Assembly: GCA_964557955.1 (NCBI GenBank)
Contig: CAZLCS010000010.1
Span: 68,470 to 132,469 of the forward strand
Source of the DNA: an uncultured Syntrophobacteraceae bacterium
Lineage (GTDB): Bacteria > Desulfobacterota > Syntrophobacteria > Syntrophobacterales > Syntrophobacteraceae
Reading direction: 5' to 3'
DNA length: 64,000 bases
In this document: piece after piece, positions 27,992 to 36,967 of the stretch
Layout of the letters: every line of letters starts with the position of its first letter
Position numbering within the stretch: the stretch's first letter is position 1
The notes under the pieces: model-generated
What the model was told of the DNA's origin: nothing
What the model saw: the letters and a program-made list of their open reading frames with translations, nothing else
The model's database searches: none
Position numbers and translations under genes: made by a program

Positions 27992-28109
27992 GGAGGTCGG
28001 AAGTCGGAAGACGGCCGTCGGATGGTGGCTGGGAAGGGTTCGGGACGATGTCCGGGACCGGAAACCGGGAGCCATGGCCCTGTAATTTGAGACTTGAAAC
28101 TTGAAAGCG
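27992..28109 (+). repeat. Decayed heptamer-periodic tract
   Basis: Runs in 7-nt register, read directly: GGAGGTC GGAAGTC GGAAGAC GGCCGTC GGATGGT ... GGGACCG GAAACCG GGAGCCA ... GAGACTT GAAACTT GAAAGCG. The tract is intergenic. Confidence 0.75.
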
Positions 28110-28149
28110 CCTTACCTATAACGGTCCGTGATCAGGAAAGATGTGAACG

Positions 28150-28359
28150 ATGAACATACAGCAGAAGATCGTGGTTGCGATAATGGACGTCCTGATGATC
28201 GTGGAGCTCTGTATCGGCATGTATTTCGCCCAGCTGGATCCGGACAACTTCACTGCCGCGTTCTGCAAGGCCTTCTTCAGCATGCTCATCCCCACGCTCG
28301 TTCTGGCACGAATCATGGTCAAGCGATTCCGGACCGTTATCCCCGAGCCCGCCCCATGA
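28150..28359 (+). CDS. Small hydrophobic protein (69 aa, 2 TM), hypothetical
   Basis: The ATG ORF has a stop that overlaps the next ATG (ATGA at 28356-28359), which suggests translational coupling. Confidence 0.4.
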   Translation: MNIQQKIVVAIMDVLMIVELCIGMYFAQLDPDNFTAAFCKAFFSMLIPTLVLARIMVKRFRTVIPEPAP

Positions 28360-29144
28360 ACCTGGAAGCATGGAGTCGGTGGCGTAGCATCACTGGGCGG
28401 GCCGGGGCCCTCTTGTGCATCCTGTGCGTGATTTCCGGACTCGACGGCCTTGCGGCCCAGTTCAGGACATCGCCCAATGAGTTCATGGCCCTCCCCGGTG
28501 AATCCATCCATGTCAACGGACCATGCAGCCCCGACATTCAAGATGTCTCCCAGTTGACCTACGAGAGCACTTCGGATGGGATCCGGCTCCAGTTCGAAGG
28601 CATGCATTCGGGATTCTGGCTCGGTGGCTCAATGTGGAGGGGCCTGCTGGAATTGAGCGGCGACCTCAGACCCGGCGACTACGGCGTGGTCGTCCGGCCC
28701 AGAGACATCCCCGGTGAGAAGCCCTTCGCTCTCTTCATCATCAGGGTTTTCGCGAACGCAGATGCCCTTCGGCAAGCTTCCAGGTCGCTGATTCAACGGA
28801 CTTTCGGGATCTCCCCCTGGCTCGTCCTCGCAGTTTCCATCGGGCTCACAGTTCTTGCTCTTGCCCTGGTCTACGGAATCTCTCAGAAGAGAGAGCACCT
28901 GATGGCCGACCTGGGGCGTGCCGAGATCTACCGGGTGGCCAAAACGGAGGGCTTCTATGAAGTGGCCTTCGGTTTGGGCACAATGCATGGCATTCGCACC
29001 GGCGACTCCCTGCCTATCCTGAATTACCGGGGAGAACTTGTGGGGCACGTCACGGTGACCCAGAGCTACGACCAGGATGCCTCCGGCACCGTAGACCTCG
29101 ATACGGTGGTCAAGCCCGGCTTCGTGGTCACCAGGGATTCCTGA
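28356..29144 (+). CDS. Hypothetical membrane protein (signal/TM, extracytoplasmic domain, TM, small C-terminal domain)
   Basis: The ATG at 28356 was chosen within ORF 28128..29144. TM segments are AGALLCILCVISGL and ISPWLVLAVSIGLTVLALALVYGI. No family recognised. Confidence 0.55.
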   Translation: MNLEAWSRWRSITGRAGALLCILCVISGLDGLAAQFRTSPNEFMALPGESIHVNGPCSPDIQDVSQLTYESTSDGIRLQFEGMHSGFWLGGSMWRGLLELSGDLRPGDYGVVVRPRDIPGEKPFALFIIRVFANADALRQASRSLIQRTFGISPWLVLAVSIGLTVLALALVYGISQKREHLMADLGRAEIYRVAKTEGFYEVAFGLGTMHGIRTGDSLPILNYRGELVGHVTVTQSYDQDASGTVDLDTVVKPGFVVTRDS

Positions 29145-29224
29145 TCGTACCTAAAATCGAGCCAGCCGTCACGAAATGCCTGAGCGGCCTCAGGTGTCCC
29201 CCTTGCCCCCTTTTACCATGCTCT

Positions 29225-29420
29225 TGATTTAAGGGGTGCCACGGGCTGAGTACAGCTCATCACCATAGAGTGTCCACCTCTCGAGTCGTCATGCCGGCAG
29301 TCTTGGCCGGAATCCACAAAAAAGCTGGATGCCGGCTTAAAGATTGCCGGCATGACGAGCGGCGAAATGGACATCTTTTTTTGTGGAGGTGTACTGAGCG
29401 AAGCTTGCCCGTGATCGTGG
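29225..29420. repeat. Repeat R2, copy a, split by MITE copy C (halves 29225-29249 and 29395-29420)
   Basis: The rejoined halves TTGATTTAAGGGGTGCCACGGGC[TGA]GCGAAGCTTGCCCGTGATCG match 42095-42140 at about 38 of 45 positions. Confidence 0.7.
29250..29394. mobile_element. MITE-like palindromic element, copy C (145 bp)
   Basis: GTACAGCTC...GGAGGTGTAC flanked by a perfect TGA duplication (C-TGA|element|TGA-G). Confidence 0.75.
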
Positions 29421-29774
29421 TCCGCTGAGCTCGCATGGGCAAGCTCCGATTCCCCCTCCTGTTCCCCTTATGGCTCCTTTTTCCCACCCGCGAGGAATAA
29501 TTGACCTCCCCAGCCGCTGTCTCCGTGTTCAACGACCATCGGGCCATAGAGTCCTCCTCCGCCGGAGTCATGGGATGCTCAGGTGGAACGGCAGTGTTGG
29601 CGGGAGCCTGATCGTCGATGTCGGAACGTTTTTTCAGGATATGGGTCATCATGGCAGAGGTTTTGCTTTTCAGGCGGCACTGGACCTGGGTCCCAAAAGG
29701 ATGGTATGAGAAATACGGAGTAAGTGTCTGCCCCAACGGCATGGTAGTTGAGCCCTGAACCTGGGGGACTGTTT

Positions 29775-30593
29775 ATGGATGATCATCGAACCTTGCAGCA
29801 ATCGGAAGTCCTGGCGGCTTTTCGCCTGCTTTTTTCGCCTGAAACCGAAATCAGTCTGCGATCCATCGATTCCGTCCAACACGCTCAGCTTAAGACGGCC
29901 TATCGCAAGAAGGCTTTGAGGACTCACCCTGATCGGTACGCATCCGAGGGGGAGGAGGTGCAGCGGATTTATTCGGAGCGCTTCATACAGGTTTCCCGGG
30001 CTTATGACACCCTGAGCCATTACCTGACTCTTCGCGAGCAAGGATGGCGATGGAAGCCGGTTGCCTCAGACCAGGTGGAGCGGGCTGAGAGAAAGCCTCA
30101 ACGAGCTCGACAGCAAGCCTGGGCAGCGTCGAAAACGTGTCAGAGCAGGAGGCCGGAGGGGGAGGGGCCGGGATCTTTGTGGCAGCGGGGTATTCCTCGC
30201 AGATATCTCCGGTTTGCCGAGTTCCTCTATTTTTCCCGGGTGATCTCCTGGAGGAACCTTGTGAACGCCATCGTGTGGCAGCGCCGCCAGCGTCCTCGAA
30301 TTGGGGAAATTGCTCAGAAATGGCGCTGGATAAGTGGCTCCCAAATCGAGGCGGCGGTGAGAGATCGCCGAGTGGGAGAGCGGATCGGGGAGGTGTTTTT
30401 GCGCCACAGGCTGCTCACGCCGTTCGGGCTGGGAGTTCTGCTCCGCCAGCAGCAAAGGATTCAGAAGCCAATAGGCCTCTATTTCGTTCGAAATGGCCTC
30501 ATGAGCGAATGGGAAGTGGGCCGGCATCTCCACAAGCAGCGAATGCACAACATGCATTTTGCGTCACCGTTCTCTCCCGGCTCGTTTGCTTGA
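29775..30593 (+). CDS. J-domain (DnaJ-like) protein with a repeat-containing basic C-terminal half
   Basis: AYRKKALRTHPDRY (HPD motif) and FIQVSRAYDTL. The ATG at 29775 has a GGGGGA RBS. Confidence 0.75.
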   Translation: MDDHRTLQQSEVLAAFRLLFSPETEISLRSIDSVQHAQLKTAYRKKALRTHPDRYASEGEEVQRIYSERFIQVSRAYDTLSHYLTLREQGWRWKPVASDQVERAERKPQRARQQAWAASKTCQSRRPEGEGPGSLWQRGIPRRYLRFAEFLYFSRVISWRNLVNAIVWQRRQRPRIGEIAQKWRWISGSQIEAAVRDRRVGERIGEVFLRHRLLTPFGLGVLLRQQQRIQKPIGLYFVRNGLMSEWEVGRHLHKQRMHNMHFASPFSPGSFA

Positions 30594-30760
30594 GCGCCGG
30601 TTCATTCATGACCCGGCTGGGAGGCTGTCCGAGAGCTGGCATTTCGAGCAACACCGAGAAATCTCGTTCATCGTAACACCACGGGTCTGCGAGATTTCTT
30701 TCTCCGCTGCGCTCCGTTCGAAATAGCAAAAAGGTGTTCACTTGAGAGTGTTGAGCTGCA

Positions 30761-33238
30761 TCAAGCCATGCCCGGCCGGGTCGGGCGCTTCAGCCACCTG
30801 GACAGGAGCCGGCCGATTTCATGCAGGGTGAATGGTTTGGCCAGATAGTCGTCCATGCCCGCACGGATGCAGCTTTCGCGGTCTCCTTCCATGGCGTTGC
30901 CGGTCATCGCGATGATAACGACCCCGGGTTTTCCGTCCATCCGCTCTCTTTCCCGAACTCGCCGGGTTGCCTCGAATCCATCCATGACCGGCATCTGGCA
31001 GTCCATGAGAACCAGGTCGTAATGATCCTCCTGGATCATCCCGAGCGCGTCCTTTCCGTTCTCGGCAATGTCCACCATGAGTCCCATGTGATGGAGAATG
31101 CTTTGGCCAACCTCCTGGTTGACGGCATTGTCTTCAACCAGCAGCACCTTGAAGCCTTCAAAACGGGGCAGGCCGGGGGTGGATCTTGATTCAGGAATGA
31201 GGGCTTCGCCCCGTTCTTCCCCGGGGGCGGCTCGCTCGAACTCTATCTCGAACCAGAAGTTCGATCCTTCTCCGGGTGTGCTGATCACACCGATCGTTCC
31301 TCCCATGAGGTCGATGAGCTGCTTGCAGATGGCAAGCCCGAGCCCGGTGCCTCCGAATCTGCGGGTGGTGGAGCTGTCGGCCTGGGTGAAAGGATCGAAC
31401 AATCCGTCCTGCATTTCACGGGGGATTCCAATGCCGGTATCCCGCACCTCGAAGCGGATGCGAGCCCGGTCCGGGTCTGATTCTTGCTGGGACACGAGCA
31501 GGTTGACTCCGCCCTTCTCGGTGAATTTTATGGCGTTTCCGACGAGGTTCACCAGGATCTGCCGGAGCCGCGCCAGATCGGCCTTGATCGTTGGCAGCTC
31601 ATCCGGATCGGTCCCGTATTGGATGGAAAGTCCCTTGCTCACAGCCCCTTCCCTGAGAACCTGAACGACCTCCTCGACGGTTCGCTTCAGGTCCAGCTCC
31701 CCGAGCTCGAGGCTCATCTTCCCTGCCTCGATCTTCGAGAAGTCCAGAATGTCATCCAGGATGTCGAGCAGCACGGATGCGGAGGCTTGAGCGCTTTTCG
31801 CGTATTTGCGCTGGGTGGGCTGGAGGTCCGAGCTCGCCAGCAGCTGGAGCATCCCCAGGACCCCGTGCATGGGCGTTCGGATTTCATGACTCATGTTGGC
31901 CAGGAAGCGGCCCTTGGCCCGAGCGGCGGACTCCGCCTCGTCACGGGCCAGCATCAGCTCTTCCTGCGTGCGCTTGTGCTCCAGGGCGTTGGCGAACATC
32001 TCCCCAACGATCCTGAGGAGCATGACGGTCTCATTGTCCCAGTGCCTTTCGTGTCTCAAGCTGGAAAAGCCGAGAAAACCGATGAGGGAATCGCCGAAAA
32101 GCACCGGCACCAAAACAGTCGAGAGGACCGATTGGCCCTGGAGAAGCTCCCTTTCTGCACAGGCCTCCGGGGGCAGATCGGACACTCTCGGAATGTGGAC
32201 TGCCTCCGATCGGGTCAGCTTCCCCAGGATCCAGGGGAAACGATCGACGGGGAGGCGGTTGAAGGGCTCCACCGCCGACTGAATCCCTTCGGCCACCCAT
32301 TCGTGGGTCTTGCTTGCCGTCGCGGAATCACGATCCAGGAGAAAAAGAAAGCTTCGGTCGACGCCCGAGAAACTGCCCAGCTGAGCCAGGGCATCCTCGA
32401 TTCCCCCGTCAATCTGTTGGGGTGAAAGATTGATGAACCCGTTGGAGAGACCGGTGACGAGGGATTCCAGCTGGAGCCGATGCTCCAGGGACTTTTCAGC
32501 CTGCATCCTCACCAGGACCTCCTCCTGGAGGCTTTGATTGAGCTCCTGGATTCGACTCTTTTCGCGAGCCAGGTGCTGCACCAGGGCGATTTTTTCCTGA
32601 GTGAGGGTGAGCGATCGATGAACGAGGGTGCCGTAAACGCGTCCGGCTTTGAGCATGAACATGACGAAGAGCAGCATCATGAAGGCGGCCGCCCCATGCA
32701 GCCCATCTTCGTAGGAGAGGAAGGCCAGGATAATCGGCACCCCGGTCGGAATGAGGAATGCCAAGTAAGCTGGATAAACGGGCGACATGATGATCATGGC
32801 CGCAGCGGACATGCCGGCCAGGACGAAGGTCGTGAAGAACTGCCGCGGAACGGAACTCTCGGGAGTCAGGAGGAGTCCGGCCAGTCCCCAGCCCACTCCT
32901 GCAAAGGCGCCTCCCCAGGTGTACCATCGGCCCCAGTGTACCGCCTGCTCCGGATTGGGCTGAGCTTTGTGGAACGCGAGGGCAAGGCCCATTCTGCAGA
33001 AGGCTACGACTACCATGTAGACGAGCCAGCCGATGACGATCGGGTGCGACACGTAGTCCCATTGGATCACCGCCAGCAGCAGGGAATTGGCAAGTGTGAC
33101 GAAGACTGTAGAGATGGAGTGGGAAAAAAGCAAATAGACCTTTTCAGCGTGAACGTTCATCTCGCCATGGGCAGTCTCCTCCTGACTTCCTTCGTCGCTC
33201 ATTTCCCGGACTATCGTATCTGACATCCACCACTCCAA
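30761..33238 (-). CDS. Hybrid sensor histidine kinase (polytopic N-terminal sensor, GAF, HisKA, HATPase_c, REC)
   Basis: H-box FLANMSHEIRTPMH, G-box DTGIGI..GTGLGLAICK, and REC motifs VLLVEDN..DLVLMDCQMPVMDG..KPF. Confidence 0.9.
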   Translation of the reverse strand: MEWWMSDTIVREMSDEGSQEETAHGEMNVHAEKVYLLFSHSISTVFVTLANSLLLAVIQWDYVSHPIVIGWLVYMVVVAFCRMGLALAFHKAQPNPEQAVHWGRWYTWGGAFAGVGWGLAGLLLTPESSVPRQFFTTFVLAGMSAAAMIIMSPVYPAYLAFLIPTGVPIILAFLSYEDGLHGAAAFMMLLFVMFMLKAGRVYGTLVHRSLTLTQEKIALVQHLAREKSRIQELNQSLQEEVLVRMQAEKSLEHRLQLESLVTGLSNGFINLSPQQIDGGIEDALAQLGSFSGVDRSFLFLLDRDSATASKTHEWVAEGIQSAVEPFNRLPVDRFPWILGKLTRSEAVHIPRVSDLPPEACAERELLQGQSVLSTVLVPVLFGDSLIGFLGFSSLRHERHWDNETVMLLRIVGEMFANALEHKRTQEELMLARDEAESAARAKGRFLANMSHEIRTPMHGVLGMLQLLASSDLQPTQRKYAKSAQASASVLLDILDDILDFSKIEAGKMSLELGELDLKRTVEEVVQVLREGAVSKGLSIQYGTDPDELPTIKADLARLRQILVNLVGNAIKFTEKGGVNLLVSQQESDPDRARIRFEVRDTGIGIPREMQDGLFDPFTQADSSTTRRFGGTGLGLAICKQLIDLMGGTIGVISTPGEGSNFWFEIEFERAAPGEERGEALIPESRSTPGLPRFEGFKVLLVEDNAVNQEVGQSILHHMGLMVDIAENGKDALGMIQEDHYDLVLMDCQMPVMDGFEATRRVRERERMDGKPGVVIIAMTGNAMEGDRESCIRAGMDDYLAKPFTLHEIGRLLSRWLKRPTRPGMA

Positions 33239-33302
33239 CGATGGTGCTTGGCCAATCCCGTTGTCGGCTCAGGGTCACGCAAAATGGAAATTCTGACCCC
33301 CT

Positions 33303-34061
33303 TCATGAACAAAAAGGCAACACTTCATGGCCGTTCTCTTCCAGCAGCTGCCGAATCGAGGCCGCAATACGCCAGGCCCCGGGAGTGTCTCCATGGACAC
33401 AGAGCGTGTCCGCCTGCAGCGGGATCTCCCGGCCGTCGATGCACTCCATCCTGCCCGAATCAAGAAGCTTCAGGAGTCGGCTGCAAACCGCATTGAGATC
33501 GTGGATGACCGCACCGTCCTGGCTGCGGGGAGCCAGCTGTCCATTGCCGAGGTAGGCGCGGTCCGCAAAAATCTCCCGGGCCACCCTCAATCCACGTCCC
33601 CTCGCCATCTCTTCAATGAGCGAGTCCGCCGGGACGAAAAGGACCAGCTCGGGGTCATACGACAGCACGGCATCGATCACCTCACCTGCAGCTCGCTCAT
33701 CTCTGGCCGCAAGGTTATAGAGGGCTCCGTGGGGCTTGATGTGCTTCAGATCCACGCCGAAAGCCCGGGCGACCCCGGAAAGCGCCCCCATCTGGTAGAG
33801 CAGGTCGTGTTTGATCTGTCCTGGTGCCGTCTCCAGGTTCCGTCGGCCGAATCCGACGCGATCCGGGTAGCCCGGGTGTGCGCCCACGGCCACTCCGTGC
33901 TCCCGGGCGAGCTCCACCGTGCGGGCCATCACCAGGGGATCGCCCGCATGGAATCCGCAGGCGATATTGGCCGAAGTGATGTGCCGGATGATCTGCTCGT
34001 CCTCTCCCATTCGGTAAGGCCCGAAGCTTTCACCCATGTCGCAGTTGATGTCGATCCTCAT
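33303..34061 (-). CDS. pxpA: 5-oxoprolinase subunit A (LamB/YcsF family)
   Basis: MRIDINCDMGESFG...NIACGFHAGDP...VGAHPGYPD. Confidence 0.88.
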   Translation of the reverse strand: MRIDINCDMGESFGPYRMGEDEQIIRHITSANIACGFHAGDPLVMARTVELAREHGVAVGAHPGYPDRVGFGRRNLETAPGQIKHDLLYQMGALSGVARAFGVDLKHIKPHGALYNLAARDERAAGEVIDAVLSYDPELVLFVPADSLIEEMARGRGLRVAREIFADRAYLGNGQLAPRSQDGAVIHDLNAVCSRLLKLLDSGRMECIDGREIPLQADTLCVHGDTPGAWRIAASIRQLLEENGHEVLPFCS

Positions 34062-34107
34062 GCTTTCCGATCCCCGTTCCGGAGAGCGCCTCTCCTGTCT
34101 CACCGAC

Positions 34108-34893
34108 TCAGATTACGGCCCATGACTCGTTGGGGCTGTCGGTAATGAACATGTGGCCCGGTGAATGGGTGATGCACAGTTCAGGGCGGGCTGAGAGCAC
34201 GGCGAGAGAGGAAGTCACTCCGCAGGCCCAGAACACCGGGGTTTCGCCTTTGTGGATGGTGACCGGGTCTCCGAAGTCCGGCCTGTCGAGATCCTCGATG
34301 CCGAGGGCCGACCCGTCTCCGATGTGAACCGGCGCGCCATGAACCGACGCATAGCGGCTGGTGACCTGGACCGCGCGGACGACGAGATCATCGGGAATGG
34401 GCCGCATGCTCACCACCAGCGGGGCTGAAAAGGGGCCGGCGGGAATGCATGGCCTGTTGGTCCTGTACATCGAGACGTTCCTGCCCTCCTCGATGTTTCG
34501 AACGGGAACTCCCGAAGCGAGGAGGGCACTCTCGAAACTGAAGCTGCAGCCCAGCAGAAATGTGACCATGTGGTCATTCCAGTAAGCGCTGATTTCCGGC
34601 GCCTCGGTGTGCAGCTCGCCGTGCTTCCAGACCCTGTAAAGGGGGACGTCGGTGCGGATGTCGGCTCCGGGTGCCGTGATCCGGGGCTCGAAGCTTCCGG
34701 GCTCCATGACTTCCAGGATGGGGCAGGGCTTGGGGTTGCGAACGCAGAACAGGAGGAACTCGAAAGCGAGGCTTCGATCCAGAATGACCAGGTTGGCCTG
34801 GGCGAAAGCGGGTGCGAGTCCGCTGGTGGGTCTGGCCCATCGGCCCTGGCGAATGCTTTCCCTGATTTCACGCGGGGTGGCTGCCGTTTGCAT
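34108..34893 (-). CDS. DUF1445 family putative hydro-lyase (D-glutamate cyclase-like)
   Basis: IRQGRW..PTSGLAPAFAQANLVIL...FLLFCVRNPKPCPILEV, typical of the UPF0317/DUF1445 family. Confidence 0.8.
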   Translation of the reverse strand: MQTAATPREIRESIRQGRWARPTSGLAPAFAQANLVILDRSLAFEFLLFCVRNPKPCPILEVMEPGSFEPRITAPGADIRTDVPLYRVWKHGELHTEAPEISAYWNDHMVTFLLGCSFSFESALLASGVPVRNIEEGRNVSMYRTNRPCIPAGPFSAPLVVSMRPIPDDLVVRAVQVTSRYASVHGAPVHIGDGSALGIEDLDRPDFGDPVTIHKGETPVFWACGVTSSLAVLSARPELCITHSPGHMFITDSPNESWAVI

Positions 34894-35821
34894 GAAAGCT
34901 CCTGAGTTGGTACTCCCGTTTTAAATAGATTTCCCTGGCCTGGAGGAGCGTAACAGCTTCAAATCTCACTGTGCCCCCGGGAACGATCTGCGCCGCGAGG
35001 GGCAGGTCACTGGAGATCACCGTGGCCGCCTTCACATAGCCGCCCGTTGTCTGGCAGTCGGCGCCCAGGAGCGCCGGCTGACCGTTTCCGGGCACCTGGA
35101 CGGCTCCGGGGAGGGTTCCGTCGGAGATGATGTCCGCACCGCGGCGGTGGGCGATTCTCGGGCCCTCAAGGAGGATGCCCATGCGATCGCACCGGGCGGT
35201 GACCGTATATTCTTCCCCCAGAAAGACGGTGAGACCCTCAGCAGTGATATAGTCATCCTGGGGGCCGAGAACAACGCGCAAGGTCGGGTGGTCCGAGTAG
35301 GGGGGGATAAGACCGGGGGGAGCTTTGCGCCGGGGAGAAGGGGTTGCAGGGGCATGACCGATGGCCACCATGTCTCCCTTCATGAGGGCCCGTCCCTGAA
35401 AGCCCCCAAACCCTCCTCGAAGGTAGGTCGACCGGCTTCCCATGACCAGGGGCACATCAACCCCCCCTGAAATGGCCAGGTAGGCTCGAAGCCCCGTCCC
35501 GGCAAAACCGACGGTCAGGATGTCGCCTCTGGATGCCGCAAAGCCCGTCCAAAGGGGAATGGTCTCCCGGTTCACCCTGACATCCATCTCCGCCCCCGTC
35601 AAGGCGAGCTGAACGTCGGCCGTGAGCTCGGCCCGGAAACCTCCTGCGGTGATTTCGATCCCGGCCGCCCGGCGCTCGTTTCCGACGAGCCCGTTGGCGA
35701 TGCTCAAGGCCATCTGATCCATGGCGCCCGAAAGGGGAACACCGAGGTCTCGATAGCCTCTCCGTCCCAGGTCCTGGATGGTGGCCAATGGGCCGGGTTC
35801 AAGAATGCGCAAGGCTTTCAA
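34868..35821 (-). CDS. pxpC: 5-oxoprolinase subunit C (KipA / allophanate hydrolase subunit 2 family)
   Basis: LRILEPGPLATIQDLGRRGYRDLGVPLSGAMD. Confidence 0.88.
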   Translation of the reverse strand: MKALRILEPGPLATIQDLGRRGYRDLGVPLSGAMDQMALSIANGLVGNERRAAGIEITAGGFRAELTADVQLALTGAEMDVRVNRETIPLWTGFAASRGDILTVGFAGTGLRAYLAISGGVDVPLVMGSRSTYLRGGFGGFQGRALMKGDMVAIGHAPATPSPRRKAPPGLIPPYSDHPTLRVVLGPQDDYITAEGLTVFLGEEYTVTARCDRMGILLEGPRIAHRRGADIISDGTLPGAVQVPGNGQPALLGADCQTTGGYVKAATVISSDLPLAAQIVPGGTVRFEAVTLLQAREIYLKREYQLRSFHANGSHPA

Positions 35822-36491
35822 AATCTTCTCTCGTGATGGGGGTGAATCGGAGGCGGTCTCCCGGCCTCACCAGGAACGGATCGGCTCGTTCGAGGTCGAA
35901 CAGCCTGGCGGGGGTTCTGCCGATGATCTGCCATCCTCCCGGGCTGTCGATGGAATAGATGCCGGTCTGTCGATCAGCGATTCCGACGCTGCCCGCTGGG
36001 ACAACCTTACGGGGTGATGATTTTCTGGGCGTCTCGAGGCGTTTGTCCAACCCGCTCAGGTAGGGGAACCCCGGTGTGAATCCCACCATGACCACGTCGT
36101 AGACCGGGGCTGTATGTAAAGCGACCACCTCATCGGGAGTCAATCCATGGATTGCGGCAACCTCATTCAGATCTGGTCCGAATTCCAGGCCATAACAGAC
36201 AGGTATATCAACAGCATCGCGCTGTTCCGCAGGGCTGGCTTCAGTCGCAGCCAGCCCTTCTTCGATGAACGTCAGGAGCTGCTCATGGGAGAGGTCCCAC
36301 GGATCGTATTGGACGAACAGGGATCGATAGGTGGGATTCAGCTCAAGGATCCCCGGATGTCTTCCGGCCCTCAAATGGTCAGACAGCGCATGCACCCGTC
36401 GGTTGATGGATGCATCGATGGCATCCCCAAATTCAATGCTCAGTCCCGTCTCGCCGCATAACAGGATGCGGGGCGTTGGCTGTTCGTCCAT
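35799..36491 (-). CDS. pxpB: 5-oxoprolinase subunit B (KipI / allophanate hydrolase subunit 1 family)
   Basis: LNPTYRSLFVQYDP...GFTPGFPYLSGLD...GGWQIIGRTP. Confidence 0.88.
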   Translation of the reverse strand: MDEQPTPRILLCGETGLSIEFGDAIDASINRRVHALSDHLRAGRHPGILELNPTYRSLFVQYDPWDLSHEQLLTFIEEGLAATEASPAEQRDAVDIPVCYGLEFGPDLNEVAAIHGLTPDEVVALHTAPVYDVVMVGFTPGFPYLSGLDKRLETPRKSSPRKVVPAGSVGIADRQTGIYSIDSPGGWQIIGRTPARLFDLERADPFLVRPGDRLRFTPITREDFESLAHS

Positions 36492-36967
36492 GCTCGATCA
36501 CCCGGCTGAACCATCACTGAATCATCGTCGCCGCAAAGCTCCCTTTACGGGGCGGCCCTCAAAGTCGTTCATGGCATCGAAGACTGTATACTTGTATGAA
36601 AATGGGCGTCAAGTCGGGAATGCGCGGGGAGACCTGGTCGATCGTTGACCCGGCGGGGTTTCGGAGAGCGAAGGATGGAAGTGCGAGAGTCTGATGTCTC
36701 TTTTCATTGGCGGCCACCGTTCAAACATGGCATAATCATTGGCAATAGTCGCTTCTCATCCTCTTTGGATGACCTGGACGATATGGGCCCCTCGGCGGAA
36801 GCCGATCACCACCATGGCGAATGCTTCGGCCGAACGAACCATCAACGCTTGATATCTTGACTCAACCTTTCGAAACGATTCGTTTCTTCATGACGTGACA
36901 GAGGTCCTGAAACCTTGTCCGCAGCTTTGTCGCAGGTGCGCCTTGAGACCCTGGTTCTCAAGGCAGA

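Noticed and set aside
30821-33223. Plus-strand ORFs 31098-31664, 31484-32425 and 32480-33223; likewise 62750-63682 (-) and 51145-52458 (-).
   Set aside because: They are antisense to the GAF hybrid kinase, the tandem-GAF protein and the FliK-like gene respectively. Composition and lack of motifs argue against coding.
36492-36967. Divergent 477-bp spacer between pxpB and the LysM-FecR gene, including ORF 36645-36860 (71 aa) and a 28-codon minus-strand ORF.
   Set aside because: There is no RBS, the starts are non-ATG or weak, and the composition is odd. I saw no convincing promoter, riboswitch or repeat signature.
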